64,000 nt of DNA from Bifidobacteriaceae bacterium (GTDB lineage Bacteria > Actinomycetota > Actinomycetes > Actinomycetales > WQXJ01), in the NCBI GenBank assembly GCA_031268215.1, contig JAIRXP010000033.1:1404-65403 (forward strand). The letters are read 5' to 3'. Positions 18,927 through 30,518 of the stretch are shown piece after piece. Positions within the stretch are counted from its first letter, which is position 1, and each line of letters starts with the position of its first letter. Below the pieces are notes generated by a model that searched no databases, had not been told where the DNA came from, and saw nothing but the letters and a program-made list of their open reading frames with translations. The position numbers and the translations under genes are program-made.

Positions 18927-20315
18927 ATGTCACGGCCGCACGCCGCCTACATCGCCTGGGGGTTCCCCCCATCCCGGTCTGGGGGCACCTACCGCCAGTT
19001 GGCGACCGCTAACGCCTTAGCGGCGGCCGGCTGGGATGTGACCGTGGTGACCGTTGACCGGACTGCCTTCACCACCATAACCGGTGCCGACGAATCTCTT
19101 GAGGCCCTAGTTGACCCGCGCGTCACAGTCCTGCGAACACGGTTCGATTGGCCGTTACGCAATCAGGACCGTTCAACTTGGCCCGCCTTACGGCGGATCG
19201 CGCCGCCGGTCTGGCTAAGGGCCCGGGTCCTGTATGAAAAAGCGATCTTCCCGGAAGTCGGCTACGCCGAATGGCTGGCCACCCTCCGGTCCGCGCTGGA
19301 TGAATTGCATCAGCGCCGGCCAATCGACCTAGTGCTGGCAACCGGAAATCCCCATGTCTCCTTCGCGGCCGCCCACCGCCTCCATCAGTCGCACGGCGTG
19401 CCCTACGTGATGGATTACCGCGACGCCTGGCTGCTGGACGTCTTTACGGGCCAGCGAACCGCTTCCGACCATTCGCGCTTGGCGCGCCTGGAAAGGCGTC
19501 TCATAGCTGCCGCGTCCCAAGTCTGGTTCATCAACCAGGACATCCTGGACTGGCACGCCACTCGCTATCCGGCGGCGGCCAGCCGCTTCCGGCTAGTGCC
19601 CAATGGCTGGGACCCATCTTTGCTGGACCTGGGTGGCGGGGATGGCCTGGGCAGCCAGGCTGCGGCTCGCCAGGGCGCCAACGGCCGCCCAGGGGAGGCC
19701 ATGGCTCGGAAGGGCGCCGGCCGGCCCCTGACCTTTGGCTACCTGGGCACCATGTCCGCTAACGCGCCCATGCCTCAGGTCGTGGAGGGTTGGAAGCGAG
19801 CCAAAGAACGGGGCCTGCTGCCCCCAGATTCGATCCTCAAGCTGGGCGGTTACCTGGGCTATTTTGGCGGCCCGCCGGATCCCGCCAAAGACCCTGTCGC
19901 GGCGGCAGTACTCGGCAATGCCGAATCAGGAGTCGAATATGTGGGCCGAGTCGACAAGACCGCTGTTGGCCCTTTCTATGGCTCACTAGACGCTCTCGTA
20001 TTGCCCATCAAGGCCGGCCGCTACGTCACATCTGGCAAGGTCTACGAATACGTCGCCACCGGCAAGCCCGTCGTGTCAATTCATCCGCCAGAGGCGGGCG
20101 CCTCCAAAGTGCTTGAGGGATATCCCCTCTGGGTGCCGGTAACAGCCATGACCACCAGTGAGACCGCCGCCGCCTTTGGACGAGCCGCGGACCTGCTCCA
20201 GCACATCACACCAGCCCAGACCGCCGAGGCCTTGGCCTTCGGCGGGCGCCTAACGCGTGAGCGCCAGCTCGGGCCGGCCATCGCCGGCCTCAAGGATCTT
20301 CTGCCACCAGCCTGA
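18927..20315 (+). CDS. Glycosyltransferase, GT4-like (GT-B fold)
   Basis: Starts at MSRPHAAYIAWGFPPSRSGGTYR, the Gly-rich N-terminal loop typical of GT4. The C-terminal motif is SGKVYEYVATGKPVVS. It is divergent from 17653-18873. Confidence 0.55.
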   Translation: MSRPHAAYIAWGFPPSRSGGTYRQLATANALAAAGWDVTVVTVDRTAFTTITGADESLEALVDPRVTVLRTRFDWPLRNQDRSTWPALRRIAPPVWLRARVLYEKAIFPEVGYAEWLATLRSALDELHQRRPIDLVLATGNPHVSFAAAHRLHQSHGVPYVMDYRDAWLLDVFTGQRTASDHSRLARLERRLIAAASQVWFINQDILDWHATRYPAAASRFRLVPNGWDPSLLDLGGGDGLGSQAAARQGANGRPGEAMARKGAGRPLTFGYLGTMSANAPMPQVVEGWKRAKERGLLPPDSILKLGGYLGYFGGPPDPAKDPVAAAVLGNAESGVEYVGRVDKTAVGPFYGSLDALVLPIKAGRYVTSGKVYEYVATGKPVVSIHPPEAGASKVLEGYPLWVPVTAMTTSETAAAFGRAADLLQHITPAQTAEALAFGGRLTRERQLGPAIAGLKDLLPPA

Positions 20316-20328
20316 GTCAAGATCCTTG
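20291..20328 (+). terminator. Perfect 10-bp inverted repeat (CAAGGATCTT / AAGATCCTTG) spanning the stop codon of the GT4 gene
   Basis: Read directly from the sequence. The loop is 18 nt and there is no clear U-tract, so terminator function is uncertain. Confidence 0.3.
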
Positions 20329-20469
20329 AACAGTTGAGTCTTGGACCGCCTGCGCCACTCGACTGCCGGCGCGGCTCCGCCCCTTGGTTGGGCGCCCTTG
20401 GTCCGCCCGGGCCCACATTTGGCTGCCGGAACCGCTGAGACCCACCGCCCGGCACCAGGGCCGTCAGAT

Positions 20470-20811
20470 TCAACGGCCCGTGAATGCGCGCCAGCAGGCC
20501 AAGTGCCAGTGACGCCGCAGCTCCAGAGCGGAAGCAGCCCCCAGCAACGATTCGGCCTCCCAGGCCGTGACCTGGCTTTGACCCCGCGCCACCGATGCAC
20601 CGCAGCCAGGACAAACATAGTCCTTGGCAGCAGCGGAAGGCACGGAAACAAAGAACTCGCGTCCGTCTTTGACCACCACCCTTGAGGGCTGACCGCCTCG
20701 CGCCTGGGCCAAGTCCAAGGGCCGGCGCGGGCCGACGGCCCGCCTGGCACGCCGTGATCCTCTTGGCACCCAGTCATGATAGGGCACTGGTTGAGGGCTC
20801 ACTGCCCCCAC
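20470..20811 (-). CDS. Conserved actinobacterial small protein with a CxxC...HxHxxC motif (often annotated 'ATP/GTP-binding protein'), neighbour of nucS
   Basis: 113 aa with YVCPGCGASV ... RRHWHLACW. I recall this family as syntenic with nucS and the atp operon in Actinobacteria. It uses a GTG start. Confidence 0.5.
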   Translation of the reverse strand: MGAVSPQPVPYHDWVPRGSRRARRAVGPRRPLDLAQARGGQPSRVVVKDGREFFVSVPSAAAKDYVCPGCGASVARGQSQVTAWEAESLLGAASALELRRHWHLACWRAFTGR

Positions 20812-20861
20812 TGCCCCGCCGCCCTCTCGCGGAACGCCGCCCGCAATTCTCTGGGCGGCCT

Positions 20862-21557
20862 TCAGAACAGGCGAAGCGACGGATCGTCCATCCCGCGCAT
20901 GGCGTCGTAGTCCAGAATCACGCAGTCCAGGCCCCGATCTTGTGCCAAGACCTGGGCCTGAGGTTTGATCGCCTGCGCCGCCAAGACACCGCGAACAGGC
21001 GCCAGCGTCGGGTCACGTTTCAGCAAGTCAACATAGCGAGTCAATTGCTCAACGCCGTCGATCTCACCGCGACGCTTGACTTCCACCGCCACCGTCCCGC
21101 CAGACGGATCGCGGAGCAACAGATCGATTGGCCCTATGGCGGTCGCGTACTCGCGGCGGATCAGCCGCAACCCGGGACCAACCAGTTCAACCTGTTCAGC
21201 CAACAACGCCTGCAAATGCGATTCAACCCCGTCTTTGACCAGGCCTGGCTCGGTCCCCAGCTCAGTTTCCAAGTCATGAAACACCTCAAAGATCTGGATT
21301 CGCAAGCGGTCATCCGTTTTCAGCTGACTGACCTGCCAGATCATGACGACGCCAGCCTCAGTTTCCGCCGGTTCAGGTTCTAGCTCGACCAATTCGCAGG
21401 GTGGGGTCATCCAATTGAGCGGCTTGTAAGAGCCGCCATCGGCATGAATCAGCACCGAACCGTCCGCTTTGACCAGCACCAACCGCCGCGCCGGGTCCAG
21501 GTGGGCGCCGAGCCGCCCGGAGTAGTCAACCGCGCACCGCGCGATCACCAGCCGCAT
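20862..21557 (-). CDS. nucS: Endonuclease NucS (EndoMS), non-canonical mismatch repair nuclease
   Basis: 231 aa: [16 protein letters not shown]..., SYKPLNWM, and a C-terminal RecB-like nuclease motif GPIDLL...[20 protein letters not shown]. Confidence 0.9.
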   Translation of the reverse strand: MRLVIARCAVDYSGRLGAHLDPARRLVLVKADGSVLIHADGGSYKPLNWMTPPCELVELEPEPAETEAGVVMIWQVSQLKTDDRLRIQIFEVFHDLETELGTEPGLVKDGVESHLQALLAEQVELVGPGLRLIRREYATAIGPIDLLLRDPSGGTVAVEVKRRGEIDGVEQLTRYVDLLKRDPTLAPVRGVLAAQAIKPQAQVLAQDRGLDCVILDYDAMRGMDDPSLRLF

Positions 21558-21778
21558 CCGGCCAAGCCCTTCGCCGTCGCAGGCACCATTCGCATCCGTT
21601 CATTATGCCGGGCTGAGGTGCCCAATTGACGCCAGGTTGAATCGGCGGCGAGTTCGCGTCAGTTTGGCCCCTTGTCACCCGGCGTGGGCCCGCCCCCACC
21701 GGCCCGGCCGCGTTCTTAGGCCCGAGTCCGGTTCAGGCAGACAGCGGGTTGGTTAGACAGCCGGTTAGGCTGGGCACC

Positions 21779-22417
21779 ATGGTTGTGCTGTCACGAATCA
21801 CCACCAAGACCGGCGATGACGGCCTGACTCACCTGGGCGACTTCAGCCGCGCGTCCAAGACCGACCCCCGCATTGAAGCGGTCGGGTCAGTCGCGGAGGC
21901 CAACGCGATCCTGGGGGTCGCGGTCGCCTTTGGCCTGGATCCAGAACTCAGCGGCTGGACCGGCCGCCTCCAGCAAGAACTCTTCGACCTAGGAGCGGAC
22001 CTGGCGACACCACTGCCCGCCGGCCCAGATCCTGGAACTGGTTCCAGCCCAGCCGTCCCCGAATCTGGGCCCAAACCAGGGGCCAAGACCCCCAATCCCC
22101 CCACACCAAGAATCGTCCCGGCCGCCATTGAGGCCTGGGACCAGACCATAGGCCAGCTAGCGGACCGGCTCGGACCCGTGCGCGCCTTCATCTTGCCCGG
22201 CGGCCCACCGGCCGCCGCACAGTTGCACCTGGCCGTTACGGTGGTGCGGCGAGCGGAACGGGCCGCTTGGGCGGCCGGCGAAGCGCACGGCATCGGGCAA
22301 GCCGGCGGCCTTAACCGCCATGCCCTGGTGTACCTCAACCGTTTGTCAGATCTGCTCTTCCAAATGGCACGGGCAGCGGGCGGCGAACCTGGGCTGTGGC
22401 GCCCGTCAAGTAGCTGA
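21779..22417 (+). CDS. ATP:cob(I)alamin adenosyltransferase, PduO/MMAB type
   Basis: TKTGDDGLTHLGD, EAVGSVAEANA, QELFDLGADLATP, FILPGG. It contains a Pro-rich insert of about 30 aa. Confidence 0.8.
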   Translation: MVVLSRITTKTGDDGLTHLGDFSRASKTDPRIEAVGSVAEANAILGVAVAFGLDPELSGWTGRLQQELFDLGADLATPLPAGPDPGTGSSPAVPESGPKPGAKTPNPPTPRIVPAAIEAWDQTIGQLADRLGPVRAFILPGGPPAAAQLHLAVTVVRRAERAAWAAGEAHGIGQAGGLNRHALVYLNRLSDLLFQMARAAGGEPGLWRPSSS

Positions 22418-22822
22418 ATCCGAGCGCGTTGGACCGGCCTCAATCCAGGACCGCAAACCGCTAGAAGCACCACGCGAAATAACCAGCGGGTAAACCGAAC
22501 CGTCCGAAACCAGCCGCACTACCTGGCCCTCGGCCGGCGCCTCCTCATCTGGCGGTCCCGGCTCAATCGCTAAGCCCCGGCGGGGCCAGCGGTGAACGGG
22601 TGAGAAAGAAAGTGAATTGCGGGCGAACCAATCGAGCGACCCAGGCGCGAAGGTCGCCAAACCAAACCGTTCGCGGCGTTCGGCACCATCACCCTCAATC
22701 ACCACACAAGGAAAGCTCCCGGGACGAGTCCCCAGGTAACGCCAGCGCAAGCAGAACAGACCTGCCAAACCGACCGCCGTAACGGCGGCGACGGCCAAGA
22801 CCGCGAGCAGCGCCTGTGGCAT
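22406..22822 (-). CDS. DUF2550 family membrane protein conserved downstream of atpC in Actinobacteria
   Basis: N-terminal TM helix, then RWRYLGTRPGSFPC...LDWFARNSLSFSP. It occupies the conserved position after atpC. Confidence 0.7.
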   Translation of the reverse strand: MPQALLAVLAVAAVTAVGLAGLFCLRWRYLGTRPGSFPCVVIEGDGAERRERFGLATFAPGSLDWFARNSLSFSPVHRWPRRGLAIEPGPPDEEAPAEGQVVRLVSDGSVYPLVISRGASSGLRSWIEAGPTRSDSAT

Positions 22823-22875
22823 AGGCCCCTCCGTTGACTACCCCGAAACTACATCTGGCTCAGCTAGCTGGCCCG

Positions 22876-23151
22876 TCATTTGGCGGCCGGCACCAACTCA
22901 GCATCCTCCGCGACTATGGTCACAATATCCGAGTCAACCGACAGGAAGCCGCCAGTGATGCGTACGCGCACCTCGGGCGTGTCGGATGGTAGGACCTTGA
23001 TCTCGCCTTCGCCCAGGATAGCCAGCAGCGGCTCATGCCTGGGATAGACGCCAATCGATCCCTCCACGCTGGGTGCGGTGAAGAAGGTCGCATCGCCCTT
23101 CCAGACCGAGCCCTCCCAGTCGGCGATCTCGACTTTCAGTTCGCCAGCCAT
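22876..23151 (-). CDS. atpC: F1 ATP synthase subunit epsilon
   Basis: 91 aa in the conserved operon position, with beta-sandwich domain motifs (GVYPRHEPLLAIL, GGFLSV). Confidence 0.9.
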   Translation of the reverse strand: MAGELKVEIADWEGSVWKGDATFFTAPSVEGSIGVYPRHEPLLAILGEGEIKVLPSDTPEVRVRITGGFLSVDSDIVTIVAEDAELVPAAK

Positions 23152-23155
23152 GGCC

Positions 23156-25629
<2,474 letters not shown>

Positions 25630-25633
25630 CTAT

Positions 25634-27262
25634 TCAGCCCCGCTTCTTCAGCTTGATCTGCTCCTGCTCCAGGTCCGCCTCGCCCGGTTCCACCTCATCG
25701 GGGACCGTCAGCACACCGATTGTCAGCAAGAACTCCTGGGTGAAAGCCTCGACCGCTTCTTTCAGGTCTTGTTCGGTCTCCGCCGTCAAGTCCCTGGTCT
25801 GGGCGATGGTCGCCAAGACCTCAGTCCGCCGGTCCAGGTAGTCCAGCAAGTCGCGTTCGTAATCATGAACTTTGTCCAGCGGCACGCGGTCCAGGTAACC
25901 CTTGGTGGCGGCGTAGATGGCGGCCACTTGGCGTTCCACCGGATAGGGCGTGTACTGCGGCTGTTTGAGCAGCTCCATCAGCCGCGCGCCGCGCGTTAGT
26001 TGCTGGCGCGAAGCGGCGTCCAGGTCAGAAGCGAACATAGCGAAGGCTTCCAAATCTCGGTATTGGGCCAAGTCGATCTTCAACGTGCCAGCGACCTTCT
26101 TCATGGCCTTGACCTGGGCGGATCCGCCAACGCGGGACACCGAGATGCCAACGTCCACGGCGGGACGCTGGTCCGCGTTGAACAGGTCGGACTGCAAGAA
26201 GATCTGCCCGTCGGTGATGGAGATGACGTTGGTCGGGATGTAAGCCGAGACGTCGTTGGCCTTGGTCTCAATGATTGGCAGGCCGGTCATTGAGCCGCCG
26301 CCCATTTCCTTGGACAGTTTGGCACAGCGCTCCAGCAGCCGTGAGTGGAGATAGAACACATCACCGGGATAAGCTTCGCGGCCCGGCGGGCGGCGCAACA
26401 GCAAGGACACGGCGCGGTAAGCCTCGGCTTGCTTGGACAGATCGTCAAACACAATCAGGACATGCTTGCCCTCATACATCCAGTGCTGGCCAATGGCGGA
26501 ACCCGTGTAGGGAGCCAGGTACTTAAAGCCGGCCGGATCTGAAGCCGGCGCGGCCACAATGGTGGTGTACTGCAGGGCGCCGGCGTCCTCCAGGGCCGCC
26601 CGCACCGAAGCGATCGTTGAACCTTTCTGGCCCACCGCCACGTAGATGCACCGCACTTGCAGGTTCGGGTCACCCGAATCCCAGTTCGCTTTCTGGTTGA
26701 TGATGGTGTCCGTGGCGATGGCCGTCTTGCCGGTGCCACGGTCTCCAATAATCAACTGGCGTTGGCCGCGACCAACCGGGATCAGTGAGTCAATCGCCTT
26801 CAGACCGGTCTGCAACGGCTCGTGTACGGACCGGCGTTGCATGACCGTTGGCGCCTGCAACTCCAACGCCCGGCGTTGAGTGGTTTCGATCTCACCCAGG
26901 CCATCCATCGGCACTCCCAAGGGGTCAACGACCCGGCCCAAGTAGGCGTCCCCCACCGGCACGGACAGCACCTCGCCCGTACGGCGGACCTCTTGACCCT
27001 CTTCAATGCCTGCGAATTCGCCCAGCACAATCACGCCGATTTCGCGGACGTCCAGGTTCTGAGCGATGCCCAGGGTGCCGTCCGCGAAGCGCAGCAGTTC
27101 ATTGCCCATTACCCCTGGCAGGCCCTCGACCTGCGCGATCCCGTCCCCGGCCATGGTGACGCGGCCGATTTCTTCGGCCGCGGCCGGAGCGGCCTGGTAG
27201 GACTCGACGAACTCGTCCAGAGCCTGGCGAATGGCCTCGGGACGAATGCTCAGATCAGTCAT
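25634..27262 (-). CDS. atpA: F1 ATP synthase subunit alpha
   Basis: Walker A GDRGTGKT, plus [20 protein letters not shown]. Confidence 0.95.
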   Translation of the reverse strand: MTDLSIRPEAIRQALDEFVESYQAAPAAAEEIGRVTMAGDGIAQVEGLPGVMGNELLRFADGTLGIAQNLDVREIGVIVLGEFAGIEEGQEVRRTGEVLSVPVGDAYLGRVVDPLGVPMDGLGEIETTQRRALELQAPTVMQRRSVHEPLQTGLKAIDSLIPVGRGQRQLIIGDRGTGKTAIATDTIINQKANWDSGDPNLQVRCIYVAVGQKGSTIASVRAALEDAGALQYTTIVAAPASDPAGFKYLAPYTGSAIGQHWMYEGKHVLIVFDDLSKQAEAYRAVSLLLRRPPGREAYPGDVFYLHSRLLERCAKLSKEMGGGSMTGLPIIETKANDVSAYIPTNVISITDGQIFLQSDLFNADQRPAVDVGISVSRVGGSAQVKAMKKVAGTLKIDLAQYRDLEAFAMFASDLDAASRQQLTRGARLMELLKQPQYTPYPVERQVAAIYAATKGYLDRVPLDKVHDYERDLLDYLDRRTEVLATIAQTRDLTAETEQDLKEAVEAFTQEFLLTIGVLTVPDEVEPGEADLEQEQIKLKKRG

Positions 27263-27291
27263 GTTCTCTTTCCTTTAGAAATCTTCTGGAC

Positions 27292-28104
27292 TCACGCGGC
27301 CAAATCTCGCCTGAGTTCGGTGAATCTGGTCAGCAATGAGCCGTCAACCACTTCATCGCCAACGCGGATGCGTAGGCCGCCTATCACGGAGTGGTCAATC
27401 GACACGTTCAGTTGGACTTCGCGGCCGTATTCAGCGGACAGGAGCTTCGCTAGCGTGGCAGTTTGCCGCTCTGACAGCGCCGCCGCGCTAGTGACGACTA
27501 CGGCCAAGCGCTGACGCCGGGCCGCCACGAGGTCCCCAACATACTTCAGCGAATAACGGATGCCACGCCCGCGCGGATGGCTCACCACCCGATGCAGCAG
27601 GTCCATGGTCTCCGGGCGGACCGCTGGCACGAACACGCCTTCGACCAGTTTGACCCTGGCCTGAGGTTCAGCCACCACGTCGCCCAAGGCCGTGCGCAGA
27701 TCACGATTGTTGCGCAACACCACATCCACCTCAAAGAGTTCGGCTTCGACGTGGCGCAGGACCTTCTTCGATTGCGCGTTGGCGAGTTTGGAGTCAAAAG
27801 CCAATAACTCCAAGGTGTCCGCCAGATCCCCGTCCTTAGACCAGCGCAACGCGGCCACGGAAGCCGCGAGTCCCACCGCGGACGGGAAATGCCCGGCCAT
27901 GGCCTGACGGATCAGCCGCTCCTTGGCGCCTGCCTCGCGGTTGGGATTGGTCAACGCTCTGGCCAAGGCAGGATCCGCGTCCAGCGCATCAGTCAGGGCG
28001 AACAACTCCTCGCCAATCTGGGAGGCGTGCCCGAGCTGTTTGGCCAAGACTCGGTTCAGCTCGAGTTGAGCCTTGGCTGCCGACCCAGCGCTACCTCCAG
28101 CCAT
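27292..28104 (-). CDS. atpH: F1 ATP synthase subunit delta (OSCP), long actinobacterial form
   Basis: 270 aa in the operon position between atpF and atpA, with a C-terminal OSCP-like VIGGLRIRVGDEVVDGS. Confidence 0.85.
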   Translation of the reverse strand: MAGGSAGSAAKAQLELNRVLAKQLGHASQIGEELFALTDALDADPALARALTNPNREAGAKERLIRQAMAGHFPSAVGLAASVAALRWSKDGDLADTLELLAFDSKLANAQSKKVLRHVEAELFEVDVVLRNNRDLRTALGDVVAEPQARVKLVEGVFVPAVRPETMDLLHRVVSHPRGRGIRYSLKYVGDLVAARRQRLAVVVTSAAALSERQTATLAKLLSAEYGREVQLNVSIDHSVIGGLRIRVGDEVVDGSLLTRFTELRRDLAA

Positions 28105-28649
28105 CAGACGCCCTTTCCGGCGGCCGTCTGGCTTTCAAGATCATCTAAGAAGCGGTCAATCACGCGCCCGGCCAAAGCCGAATCCTTGAGCGATTCGCCA
28201 ACGATCCGTTCAGCCAGTTCGGTCGCCAAAGTGCCGACATCCTTGCGCAATGACACCTCGGCGGCGCGGCGCTCAGAATCGATTTGGCGCTGAGCGGCTT
28301 CTGAAATCCGCCGAGCCTCATCACCAGCCTTGGCCTTGGCCTCCGCCACTATGGCACTCGCGTCAGACTTAGCTTCTTCCCTGACCTTGGCCGCCTCAAG
28401 CCTCGCGGCTTCCTTCTCCGCGTCAAGGCCAGACCGGATCTGAGCGATTTCCTCTTCGGCGCGCTCGGCCCGCTTGATGCCGCCCTCGATTACCTCGGCC
28501 CGTTCATCAAGGACCTTGAGATAGCGCGGTACGCCATACTTGCCAACCGCGATAGCGATCACAATCAAGCAGAGGCTGGAGATGATGACTTCATCCCAGG
28601 GCGGGATGAACAGACCTATTCCCTCAGGGGTGCCTTCGGCTAGCCACAT
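28104..28649 (-). CDS. atpF: Fo ATP synthase subunit b
   Basis: A single N-terminal TM helix followed by a long charged coiled-coil (AEEEIAQIRSGLDAEKEAARLEAAK...). Confidence 0.85.
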   Translation of the reverse strand: MWLAEGTPEGIGLFIPPWDEVIISSLCLIVIAIAVGKYGVPRYLKVLDERAEVIEGGIKRAERAEEEIAQIRSGLDAEKEAARLEAAKVREEAKSDASAIVAEAKAKAGDEARRISEAAQRQIDSERRAAEVSLRKDVGTLATELAERIVGESLKDSALAGRVIDRFLDDLESQTAAGKGV

Positions 28650-28651
28650 GA

Positions 28652-28903
<252 letters not shown>

Positions 28904-28940
28904 CTAACCGGCCTGACGCTGGTCCAGACCGGAGTTCACA

Positions 28941-29795
28941 TCAGTGCTCTTCGGAGGCGAGCCCAATGTAGACGGAGGTGAGGATGGCGAAGATGAAAGC
29001 TTGCAGGCCAGCGATGAAGATCTCGAAGATCACGAACGCGAACGATGCCGCCGCCGTCAGCAGGCTCAGCCCCTTCATCAGACCGGCTCCCTCAATCAGC
29101 AGATAGCTGGTCATCACGAAGAAGGCGGTCAAAAGAAAGTGCCCGGCGATCATATTGGCCATTAGACGGACAGTCAGGGTGACCGGCCGCAAGACGAAGG
29201 TGGACAAGAACTCGATGGGGGTCAGCAGGATGTACATCACCTTGGGCGCACCCTTGGGGAAGAGATTGTCCGTCAGGAAGTGGCCCAGTCCGTGTGACCG
29301 AATGCCTTGGGCCACGAAGGCGATCCAGGCGCAAACCGCCAGGATCATGGGGACGGCCACCAGGCCGTTCGAGGACACGTTCAAGAAGGGTAGGACGCCG
29401 GTGATGTTCAGGGCCAGCACCCCAAAGAAGATCGTGGCGATGAACGGCAGGTACCTGCGCGCCATGGCCGGCGGCATGGCCGCCTCGCAGATCTGCTTGT
29501 GGACAAAGCCCATGGCCAACTCAAAGGTCGACTGGCCGCGGCCCGGCACTAGGCGGGTCCGCCTGGCTCCCAGGTAGACCAGGACCACCAGCGCGACGGT
29601 AGCTATGACCCGGATCAAGTCGATCCGGTTGAACTCGAACCATTCGCCGATCCGCCAGAACGGCTCTGGGTAGAGTTCGTCGAGGGTAGGCATGTGCATT
29701 CCGTCGCCTTCGCCGCCGGTCTTCGCCGCGGCGAGCATACTTCCGATGGAGGACAAGTCCATGACTCCTAGTAAGGGGTCCACATAACCGCGCAT
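28941..29795 (-). CDS. atpB: Fo ATP synthase subunit a
   Basis: Polytopic protein with the conserved LTVRLMANMIAGH motif (essential Arg). An alternative start at 29762 is possible. Confidence 0.9.
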   Translation of the reverse strand: MRGYVDPLLGVMDLSSIGSMLAAAKTGGEGDGMHMPTLDELYPEPFWRIGEWFEFNRIDLIRVIATVALVVLVYLGARRTRLVPGRGQSTFELAMGFVHKQICEAAMPPAMARRYLPFIATIFFGVLALNITGVLPFLNVSSNGLVAVPMILAVCAWIAFVAQGIRSHGLGHFLTDNLFPKGAPKVMYILLTPIEFLSTFVLRPVTLTVRLMANMIAGHFLLTAFFVMTSYLLIEGAGLMKGLSLLTAAASFAFVIFEIFIAGLQAFIFAILTSVYIGLASEEH

Positions 29796-30056
29796 ACGCC
29801 GAGCGGTTATGCCTGCCTAAGCAGAGTGTTGGTCAGTGGGCCGGAACAAACCTACCACAGCGGGGACCTATGGCCGTCTGAGCGTGGGCGCTGGCGGCGC
29901 GCCGGCCCAGGTTCTGCTCTTATGCGTGCACCGTGAAGTATCCGTCTCTCTAGGACTAAAGCCCCGGCCGGGCCACCCAAGGACGGCGATTCCGCCGGCC
30001 GGCGCTGCGTTCACGCTCTGGTACGCCCGCCGTTCCGGCCGCTTGGGCCAGGAGCC

Positions 30057-30518
30057 CTACCGGCGGTCCGGTCCCGGCTCAGGTGTGACCCGGGCAGCCC
30101 AAACTACCCGTCCTTCAACGGCCAGGGAGCCCATCACGCCGACCACCACCGTCAGCCCAAAGGCCGGGCGGTTGATGAAGCTGGCCTGATTGAGCACCAA
30201 CATCAGCCCGAACAACACCACCAACTTGCCGAACCAAGACAGCAGTAAGTTGCGGGCCTTGGATTCAGGGGTCTTGGACAGATGCATCACCAGGGCGGAG
30301 GCGCCAAAGAACAGCCCCACAGTCGCCGCCCCCAGCAACGCGCCCCAAAGCCCCTCGAAGCCCGCCGCTAAATAGCCGACCACGCCGCCACCAACCGCCA
30401 GTACGACGGCCAAGATGGCGAGCTGAATGCCGATCCTTCCGTAAGCAATCGGGTCAGCCGGGGGCTTGGCGCCCGCCTCATCTGGGCTGGAATTGTCATC
30501 AGCCGTCGGCTGGTTCAT
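30057..30518 (-). CDS. Small 4-TM membrane protein upstream of atpB (AtpI-like / ATP synthase protein I candidate)
   Basis: ATG at 30518 is preceded by GGAGGAGG. The protein is 153 aa and hydrophobic. The call rests on its position immediately 5' of atpB; no motif is diagnostic. Confidence 0.45.
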   Translation of the reverse strand: MNQPTADDNSSPDEAGAKPPADPIAYGRIGIQLAILAVVLAVGGGVVGYLAAGFEGLWGALLGAATVGLFFGASALVMHLSKTPESKARNLLLSWFGKLVVLFGLMLVLNQASFINRPAFGLTVVVGVMGSLAVEGRVVWAARVTPEPGPDRR

